DNA of 32,000 nucleotides from Delftia acidovorans NBRC 14950 (lineage in GTDB: Bacteria; Pseudomonadota; Gammaproteobacteria; Burkholderiales; Burkholderiaceae_C). This document shows, in pieces, positions 8,893-14,900 of the stretch (position 1 is the first letter of the stretch; every line of letters starts with the position of its first letter). The DNA lies in contig NZ_BCZP01000004.1 of NCBI RefSeq assembly GCF_001598795.1, positions 90,001-122,000 of the forward strand, written 5' to 3'. Both the position numbers and the translations under genes were made by a program. The notes beneath the pieces were generated by a model. The model saw nothing but the letters and a program-made list of their open reading frames with translations, had not been told where the DNA came from and made no database searches.

Positions 8893-10620
8893 ATGGAATT
8901 TCGCTATCAGTACTACGGCAGCACGCAGGTCAACGACACGGCGGCCGAGCAGGCCTTCTCCTTCGCGCCCGACCTGCTGCGCCCACCCACACGCTTCGAC
9001 GGCCTGCTCCGGCGCGACGGCCCGGCCTACCTGCAGGTGCGCGAAGGGCTGTCCGCGCTGCACAGCGTGGTGGTCAGCGACCTGCGCACGCGCGGCCGCG
9101 ACAAGACGGCCTACCGCGAATGGCTGCAGGAGCACGAAGCGCAAATGCTCGCCACCTTCATGGCCGACACCGGCGGCGCCCAGGCGCGCGCCAAGGAAAT
9201 CAGCGCCGAACTCAAGAACCTGCGCGAGACCCGCAACCAAGTGCTCTCCCCCTTCTACAAGGCCCAGCGCAAGTACTTCGACTGGCTGTTCGTGGCCAAC
9301 CGCGATGCGTGGTATGTGCTCGACCCCGTGATCACCGTGCACCCGGACCGGCTGCTGTTCGAGGCCTTCAGCCAGGACGAATCGAGCTACTGCGCGGTCA
9401 GCATCCGGCACGAGGCCTTCGAGCATGCGGGCGAGCGCATCTGCGGCACCACCAACATCGATTACTCGGCCAGCCTCTACGAAGAATTCCAGAAGATCCG
9501 CAACTACCGGGACACGCGGCTGACGCTGGACCCGGCCGGCTTTGCCGTGCAGGTGGGCGGTGACCCCGCGCTGCGCGAGGAAAAGATCGACCTGCCCGAC
9601 AGCTGGCTGCGCGGCTTCGTGCAGGTCTCCAGCGCCATGGCCCTGCCCGCCACCGTGCTGGAGCTGCACCCCATGGACCTGTTCAACATCTGCGCGCGGC
9701 TGCGTGCCCGGCGCGAGCGCCACGGCCCGCGCGCGCTGCGCTTCGAGCTGGCGCCGGGACAGCCGCCCGCCGTGGTGTTCGAGCCCTGGGAGGAGCTCCT
9801 GGCCACCCGGCGCTCGCACGTCGTCAGCGATGCCATGGGCACGGGCGGCGGCACCATCCGCCTGTGGGGGCGCCGCCGCCTGCTCACGCTGGAGCGGCTG
9901 ATCTCCCAGGCCACGCGCGTGCGCGTGCACCTGCTGGGCAGCGGCATGCCCAGCTTCTGGGTGATCGAGCTGGGACTGGTCACGGTCACGCTGGGCCTGT
10001 CTGGCTGGAGCGCCAACGACTGGGCCGCCAGCGCACGCTTTCACCTGATGGCGCCGCAGGCCGAGGTCACGCCTGCCCAGGTCGAGGCCGTGGGCCGGCA
10101 GCTGCAGTCGTGCTGGCAGGCCGGCGCGCAGGATCTGGCCCAGGCCACGGGCCTGGCCCCGGCCCAGGTGCACACGGCCATGACACGCTGGATGCAGGCC
10201 GGGCGTGCGGTCTACGACCTGGACGCCGGGCGCTACGCCTGGCGCGAACTGCTGCGCGAGCCGCTGACGGCGCAGCAATTGCAGCCCGCCAACCCCGAGG
10301 AGGACAAGGCGCTGGCCCTGGTGCGCGGCAAGGCCATTGCCCCGCCGCGCATCGACCGCAAGGACGGGTTCAGCCGCATCACCGGCCAGATCCCGCGCGC
10401 CGACGGCAAGCGCCTGTTCGACACCCAGCTCGAACTCGATGCCGACGAGCGCCTGACCGATGCGCGCTGCAGCTGCAACCACTACCAGCAGTACCGGCTG
10501 CGCCAGGGGCCCTGCGAGCACATGATTGCGCTGCGCCTGGTGGCGCAGCCCCAGCTCGATGCCGCCCGCCAGCCGACCGGCCCGCAGATGAAGGCCGCAG
10601 GACAAGGAGAAATCGCGTGA
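8893..10620 (+). CDS. SWIM zinc-finger protein (WH-SWIM-like), 575 aa; putative retron accessory protein
   Basis: Part of track ORF 8710..10620(+). The ATG at 8893 (MEFRYQYYGSTQV...) has ACGGAG about 12 nt upstream. The C-terminus ...DARCSCNHYQQYRLRQGPCEHMIALRL matches the SWIM signature CxCxnCxH. Confidence 0.85.
   Translation: MEFRYQYYGSTQVNDTAAEQAFSFAPDLLRPPTRFDGLLRRDGPAYLQVREGLSALHSVVVSDLRTRGRDKTAYREWLQEHEAQMLATFMADTGGAQARAKEISAELKNLRETRNQVLSPFYKAQRKYFDWLFVANRDAWYVLDPVITVHPDRLLFEAFSQDESSYCAVSIRHEAFEHAGERICGTTNIDYSASLYEEFQKIRNYRDTRLTLDPAGFAVQVGGDPALREEKIDLPDSWLRGFVQVSSAMALPATVLELHPMDLFNICARLRARRERHGPRALRFELAPGQPPAVVFEPWEELLATRRSHVVSDAMGTGGGTIRLWGRRRLLTLERLISQATRVRVHLLGSGMPSFWVIELGLVTVTLGLSGWSANDWAASARFHLMAPQAEVTPAQVEAVGRQLQSCWQAGAQDLAQATGLAPAQVHTAMTRWMQAGRAVYDLDAGRYAWRELLREPLTAQQLQPANPEEDKALALVRGKAIAPPRIDRKDGFSRITGQIPRADGKRLFDTQLELDADERLTDARCSCNHYQQYRLRQGPCEHMIALRLVAQPQLDAARQPTGPQMKAAGQGEIA
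10468..10521 (+). other. SWIM zinc-finger motif C526-x-C528-x12-C541-x-H543 within the 8893-10620 CDS
   Basis: Codons TGC 10468, TGC 10474, TGC 10513 and CAC 10519 are in frame with the ATG at 8893. Confidence 0.8.
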
Positions 10621-10649
10621 CCCGCCTCAATTGCTCTACACTGCCACGC

Positions 10650-10876
10650 GGAGCGACGCGCAGGCTCTTGCAATCCGGGTGGTGTTTCGCCACCCTTGTG
10701 AACTGCCGTTTCATGCACCACGGGCGCCGTTTTCACTGTGCCACCCCAGCGACGGTATGCGTTTTCCTGAGTGGCTTGCCACAAGCGAAACACGCATACC
10801 GTCGCGGGGTGGCGTCGAGCGAACAGCTCCCGTCCCGTGAGCCCTGCGGGCTCTTCGACGAGAAGCGCGTCGCTCC
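10650..10876 (+). ncRNA. Putative retron msr-msd non-coding RNA (template/primer for msDNA)
   Basis: GGAGCGACGCGC (10650-10661) is the exact reverse complement of GCGCGTCGCTCC (10865-10876), like retron a1/a2 repeats. Between them are a hairpin at 10677-10695, a long imperfect hairpin at 10741-10812 (7+14+3 bp with two bulges) and a nested hairpin at 10813-10860. The element ends 51 nt before the RT ATG, and no credible ORF lies in the 307-nt spacer. The exact ends and the branching G are not determinable from sequence. Confidence 0.6.
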
Positions 10877-10927
10877 ATTTCTTTGCCCGCCGCACAGCGG
10901 CCGGGCCCGCCTTGCCGGGGTGGCCGC

Positions 10928-12904
10928 ATGAGCCAGCCGCAACCCACACGCGCCGAGATCTACGAGCGCATCAAGGCCTCCAGCAAACAGGAAGTCATCC
11001 TCGACGAGATGCAGCGCCTGGGCTTCTGGCCCAAGGGCGAGGGACAGCCGCAGCTGGCCGCCGCCCACATCCAGCGCGAGGGCGAGCTGCAGCGCGAGCT
11101 GGCCGAGCTGCGCCAGCAGATCGCCGTGCGCCAGAACCCCGAGCGCGCATTGCGCCAGATGCGCAAGGAGCGCATGCAAAAGGCGCTGGCCCAGCGCGAG
11201 GAAACCAAACGCCGCCAGGCCCAGGAGCGCCACGACAAGGCGCTGGCCTGGCATGCGAAGCGGGCCACGCACGTGGGCTATCTGGGCCCCGGCGTCTCCG
11301 CTGCCCTCCAGGGGCCGCAGGCCGGTGAGGCACCGCCTGCTGCCGGGGAACGCCGGCAGGCCGACCCGCAAAGGCTGGCCCGGCATGGCCTGCCGGAACT
11401 TGCCGATGCAGCGCAGCTGGCCGATGCCATGGGCATCACCGTGGCCGAGCTGCGTTTCCTGGGCTTTCACCGCGAGGTGGCCCGCACCCACCACTACCAC
11501 TCGTTCACCCTGCCAAAGAAGACCGGCGGCGAGCGGCTGATCTCCGCGCCCATGCCGCGCCTCAAGCGCGCGCAGTACTGGGTGCTGGACAACATCCTCG
11601 CCAAGGTGCCCGCGCACGATGCCGCGCACGGCTTCCTGGCCGGCCGCTCCATCGTGAGCAATGCCGCGCCGCATGCGGGCCACGACGTGGTCATCAACCT
11701 GGATGTGAAGGACTTCTTTCCCAGCATTGCCTTCGGCCGCATCAAGGGCGTGTTCTGTCATCTGGGCTATGGCGAGGCCATGGCCACCCTCCTGGCCCTG
11801 CTGTGCAGCGAAAACCGCGCCCAGGCCTGGCAGGTGGATGGCGAGAAGCTCTTCGTCGGCGGCAAGGCGCGCGAGCGCGTGCTGCCCCAGGGCGCGCCCA
11901 CCAGCCCCATGCTCACCAACCTGCTGTGCCGCCGCCTGGACCGCCGCCTGCTGGGCCTGGCCAGGCAGCTGGGCTTTGTGTACACGCGCTATGCGGACGA
12001 CCTGACCTTCTCCGCCTCGGGCGAGGCCGCGCGCGACAACGTGGGCCGGCTGCTGGGCCGCGTGCGCTGGATACTGCGCGACGAAGGCTTCACGCCCCAC
12101 CCCGACAAGGAGCGCGTGATGCGCAAGGGCCGCCGCCAGGAGGTCACGGGGCTGGTGGTGAACGCGGACAAGCCCGGCGTATCGCGCGAGACGCGCAGGC
12201 GCCTGCGCGCCGCCCTGCACCGCGCCACGCAGGCCAGCGCCGGCAAGCCGGCGCACTGGCAGGGGCAGGCAGCCCAGCCCTCGCAATTGCTGGGACTGGC
12301 GCAGTTCGTGTACCAGGTCGACCCCGTGCAGGGCGGTCCGCTGCTGGGCCAGGCCCGCCAGCTCACGCGCAGCCCCATCGACCGCGCCAACGATGCCCTG
12401 CTGCAGGCCAGCCGGCAGGACCGCGCGGCGGCGCGTGCGCAGCCGCCCGCAAGCGCACAGTTCCGGCGTCTGGCCGCCAGCGGGCAGGCGCCTGCGCTGG
12501 CCAGCGGCAAGACGTGGTGGCAGCCGGCCGAGCCGGCGGCACCCGTGATCGAGAAGACCGACCAGCAGCGGCGCGAACAGCGGCTGCAAGAGCGCGAGGC
12601 CGCACGCGCCCAGGCAGCTGCGGCCGCACGGCCGGCCGTGGACACGCCGCAGCAGCAGCCCGCACAGGCGCCGAGCCCCGACGCACAGGCACCCGGCCCA
12701 TCGCCGATGCCCGGCCTGCTGACCTACTGGGCGCAGATCGTGATCTGCTTCTTGCTGGGCACGGTGTTCCAGGCGCGCCTGATCACGCTGATCGGCATCG
12801 TGCTGGTCCTGCTCCTGCGCTACCGGCGCATACGGCGCTGGGATGTCTTTGCCGGTGCGATGGTGGTGGCCGTGCTGCTAGGCCTGGGGTTGCGGCTGTC
12901 GTGA
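10928..12904 (+). CDS. Retron-type reverse transcriptase with N-terminal coiled-coil-like extension and C-terminal transmembrane segments, 658 aa
   Basis: Part of track ORF 10883..12904(+), starting at ATG 10928 (MSQPQPTRAEIYERI...). RT motifs: HYHSFTLPKKTGGERLISAP, NAAPH (codons 245-249), NLDVKDFFPSI, LPQGAPTSP, YTRYADDLTF (YADD at 11990-12001) and RQEVTGLVVN (VTG at 12143-12151). NAxxH and VTG are regarded as retron-RT signatures. Confidence 0.88.
   Translation: MSQPQPTRAEIYERIKASSKQEVILDEMQRLGFWPKGEGQPQLAAAHIQREGELQRELAELRQQIAVRQNPERALRQMRKERMQKALAQREETKRRQAQERHDKALAWHAKRATHVGYLGPGVSAALQGPQAGEAPPAAGERRQADPQRLARHGLPELADAAQLADAMGITVAELRFLGFHREVARTHHYHSFTLPKKTGGERLISAPMPRLKRAQYWVLDNILAKVPAHDAAHGFLAGRSIVSNAAPHAGHDVVINLDVKDFFPSIAFGRIKGVFCHLGYGEAMATLLALLCSENRAQAWQVDGEKLFVGGKARERVLPQGAPTSPMLTNLLCRRLDRRLLGLARQLGFVYTRYADDLTFSASGEAARDNVGRLLGRVRWILRDEGFTPHPDKERVMRKGRRQEVTGLVVNADKPGVSRETRRRLRAALHRATQASAGKPAHWQGQAAQPSQLLGLAQFVYQVDPVQGGPLLGQARQLTRSPIDRANDALLQASRQDRAAARAQPPASAQFRRLAASGQAPALASGKTWWQPAEPAAPVIEKTDQQRREQRLQEREAARAQAAAAARPAVDTPQQQPAQAPSPDAQAPGPSPMPGLLTYWAQIVICFLLGTVFQARLITLIGIVLVLLLRYRRIRRWDVFAGAMVVAVLLGLGLRLS
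12725..12901 (+). other. Predicted hydrophobic (2-3 TM) C-terminal tail of the RT
   Basis: The C-terminal sequence is YWAQIVICFLLGTVFQARLITLIGIVLVLLLRYRRIRRWDVFAGAMVVAVLLGLGLRLS. It has three hydrophobic stretches separated by Arg-rich loops, and follows a Pro/Ala/Gln-rich low-complexity linker. Confidence 0.6.
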
Positions 12905-12909
12905 TGTTC

Positions 12910-12944
12910 GCGGGGCCGCAGGCCTCAGAGGCCTGCGGCCCCGC
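12910..12944. terminator. Bidirectional GC-rich hairpin between the convergent RT and AraC genes
   Basis: GCGGGGCCGCAGGCC (12910-12924), a TCAGA loop, then GGCCTGCGGCCCCGC (12930-12944) form a perfect 15-bp stem. It starts 6 nt after the RT stop and overlaps the last codons and stop of the AraC gene. There is no clear U-tract. Confidence 0.55.
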
Positions 12945-13758
12945 CCGCCACGGGTGCACTGCGCAGCGCCAGGAAGCGGCGCGGCGAGGTGCCCACCGCC
13001 TTGCGGAACATGGTCACGAAGGCGGGTGCGCTCTCGTAGCCCAGGGCATCTGCCACGGTCTGTATGCGCAGCCCCTCGGACAGCTTTTGCAGTGCGGTGA
13101 GCACATGCAGCTGGCGGCGCCACTGGTTGACCGTAAGCCCGGTCTCGGCCAGGAACAGCCGCGTCATGCTGCGCTCGCTCATGCCGATGCGCTGGGCCCA
13201 GTCGGCCAGCCGTGCCTGCAGCTGCGGCTGCTCGCACAGGGCGTTGGTCATGCGGCGCAGGCGCCGGTCGTGCGGCAGGGGCAGGTGCAGTCCTTCGGGC
13301 TGCGCCGCCTGGATCTCGTCGAGCAGCACCTGCATGAGCCGGCCATCGCCGCTGTCGGGCTCGTAGTCCTGCGGCAGACCCTGCACGCGGTCCAGCAGCG
13401 CACTGAGAAAGGGCGAGACGGCCAGCGCATGGCAGGGTCCGGGCACGGGGCGCACGGCCCCTGCCTCGACAAAGACCACGTAGCCGCTGGCCGCACCGCT
13501 GCAGCTGACCCGGTGCAGCGTGCCGCCCGGAATCCAGGCGGCGCTGCGCGGCGGCACCACGCAGACGCCCGCATCGGTCTCCAGCGTGATCAGCCCCGCA
13601 TGGGTGACCATGAGCTGGCTCTTGCGGTGGGCATGGAAGTTCATCCCCCAGTCGCCGGGGCCCGACCGCATGGGCAGGACGATCACGGGACGGTCCACAT
13701 GGTCGGGGTCCCACCTCTCGGGCAGGACTTTGAGCAGGGCTGAATCCACGGCATTCAT
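12925..13758 (-). CDS. AraC-family transcriptional regulator (N-terminal cupin-like sensor, C-terminal HTH), 277 aa
   Basis: Track ORF 12925..13758(-). The C-terminal region ...LADWAQRIGMSERSMTRLFLAETGLTVNQWRRQLHVLTALQKLSEGLRIQTVADALGYESAPAFVTMFRKAVGTSPRRF is a canonical AraC double HTH. Confidence 0.9.
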   Translation of the reverse strand: MNAVDSALLKVLPERWDPDHVDRPVIVLPMRSGPGDWGMNFHAHRKSQLMVTHAGLITLETDAGVCVVPPRSAAWIPGGTLHRVSCSGAASGYVVFVEAGAVRPVPGPCHALAVSPFLSALLDRVQGLPQDYEPDSGDGRLMQVLLDEIQAAQPEGLHLPLPHDRRLRRMTNALCEQPQLQARLADWAQRIGMSERSMTRLFLAETGLTVNQWRRQLHVLTALQKLSEGLRIQTVADALGYESAPAFVTMFRKAVGTSPRRFLALRSAPVAGGAAGL

Positions 13759-13789
13759 GGTGTTTCTCTCAGTTCATGTCAATCGGTCA

Positions 13790-14173
13790 TCAATCGGACC
13801 CGAGCAGCTCCCGTGCACGCTGCTGCGCCTCCTCGGGGGAGGCCACCAGCAGCATGGGATAGCCCCAGGCCTTGCCGAACATCTGTGCGAAGGCCTCGGC
13901 CTCGGCGCGCTTTTGCGCATCGGGCTCGGCGTGGACCAGGGCGCGCACCAGGCTTTTGAGCTCGGGGCGGCGGGCCTTCATCCACAGCACGACCTGCTTG
14001 CGCTCCTCAGGTGAGCGCTCCTCCTGGGCCATGTCGCCGTCGCTGAAGAAGACAAAGGCCTGGCCGCGGGCCAGCAGGGCCGAGAAGTCCTCCAGCAAGC
14101 GGTCCACGGGCACGGCCTTGTCGCGCTCGTAGCCCATGCGGACCAGGGGAAAGCTGCTGCTGTCGATGTACAT
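13790..14173 (-). CDS. Hypothetical protein, 127 aa (no family recognised)
   Basis: Part of track ORF 13790..14458(-). The ATG at 14173 (MYIDSSSFPLVRMGYERDK...) has a strong GGAGG 6 nt upstream. Third-position GC is high. The gene lies 31 nt upstream of the AraC gene on the same strand and downstream of the second SoxR-type promoter. Confidence 0.6.
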   Translation of the reverse strand: MYIDSSSFPLVRMGYERDKAVPVDRLLEDFSALLARGQAFVFFSDGDMAQEERSPEERKQVVLWMKARRPELKSLVRALVHAEPDAQKRAEAEAFAQMFGKAWGYPMLLVASPEEAQQRARELLGSD

Positions 14174-14346
14174 GGAAACCTCCGGCCGATGCCATTCAAT
14201 ACAAATGAGACCCATTACTGTATGAATGAACGGCAGCTGCGTCATTGCAGCACTCAGCCAAAGAATTTCGCAGTCCGGCCAGGACGCTCGCATGGGCGGT
14301 ACAGACCCGGTTGCCCTGTTCCTGCGCTTTCGCTCAGAATGGCCGC

Positions 14347-14377
14347 ATTCTTCGAGTTCAAGTGAACTTGAAGTCAA
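14347..14377 (-). promoter_or_regulatory. SoxR-box (MerR-type) promoter reading toward orf127-araC, divergent from soxR
   Basis: The minus strand reads TTGACT-(19 nt)-AAGAAT with the palindrome TTCAAGT-nn-ACTTGAA at 14357-14372. It is nearly identical to the module at 5420-5450 and ends 20 nt upstream of the soxR ATG. Confidence 0.6.
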
Positions 14378-14396
14378 GCCACAAAGGAAAGCCACC

Positions 14397-14900
14397 ATGA
14401 AAACCGAGGATGATCCACTGCTCAGCATCGGCGACGTGGCGCAGCGCAGCGGGGTCAAGGCCTCGGCGCTGCGCTTTTACGAGTCGCTGAACCTGATCGA
14501 GTCCGTGCGCAGCGCCAGCGGCCACCGGCGCTACCACCGCTCGTCGCTGCGGCGCATCGCCTTCGTGGTGTTCGCCCAGCGCATCGGCTTCACGCTGGAG
14601 GAGATCGCCGAGCAGCTGGCCAAGCTGCCCAGCCGACATGTCCCCACGGGCGGGGACTGGCAGAAGATGTCGCGGGTCTGGAAGCAGCGGCTGGACGACC
14701 GCATAGGCGAGCTGCAGCGGCTCAGCGAGAGCCTGGACCAGTGCATTGGCTGCGGTTGCCTGTCGCTGCGCCACTGCGTGCTGCACAACCCCGGCGACCT
14801 GTGCGCACAGAACGGCCCGGGGCCGCGCCGCTGGCTGGGCGACCCGCCGCCCGTGGCCATGGGCGGGCCCTGCCCGGGCCACTGCCACGACGAAGGCTGA
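14397..14900 (+). CDS. soxR: Redox-sensitive transcriptional activator SoxR (MerR family, [2Fe-2S])
   Basis: Part of track ORF 14226..14900(+), starting at ATG 14397 after AAAGGAAAG. The MerR HTH is LSIGDVAQRSGVKASALRFYESLNLI. The SoxR cluster motif CIGCGCLSLRHC (CX2CXCX5C) is present. Confidence 0.9.
   Translation: MKTEDDPLLSIGDVAQRSGVKASALRFYESLNLIESVRSASGHRRYHRSSLRRIAFVVFAQRIGFTLEEIAEQLAKLPSRHVPTGGDWQKMSRVWKQRLDDRIGELQRLSESLDQCIGCGCLSLRHCVLHNPGDLCAQNGPGPRRWLGDPPPVAMGGPCPGHCHDEG

Noticed and set aside
10613-10642. Possible sigma70 promoter for the ncRNA (TACACT at 10637-10642, 7 nt before the 5' repeat)
   Set aside because: There is no acceptable -35. GTGACC (10617-10622) leaves only a 14-nt spacer, and TCGCGT at an 18-nt spacing matches TTGACA at 2 of 6 positions. 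The ncRNA may instead be co-transcribed with the upstream genes. This cannot be decided from sequence.
5616-12589. Long minus-strand ORFs inside the retron locus (5616..7331, 7431..8804, 8809..10605, 10733..12589) and the plus-strand ORF 11803..13743
   Set aside because: They are antisense or off-frame to the single uninterrupted plus-strand frames. One of those frames carries complete RT motifs and another a SWIM finger. The composition of the rejected ORFs is Arg/Gly/Gln junk, and ORF 10733..12589 would run through the structured ncRNA spacer.
5450-14330. A genomic island or mobile element carrying the retron
   Set aside because: The flanking 46-nt direct repeat is suggestive. However, I found no integrase, transposase, tRNA target or terminal inverted repeats, and saw no obvious GC drop in the coding regions. 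It is kept only as a hypothesis in the findings, not as a mobile_element feature.
14226-14396. Upstream extension of the soxR ORF (track start 14226)
   Set aside because: The extension would place the SoxR operator and promoter inside the coding sequence. It would also add 57 residues before the MerR HTH. The ATG at 14397 has an RBS and gives a normal SoxR N-terminus.
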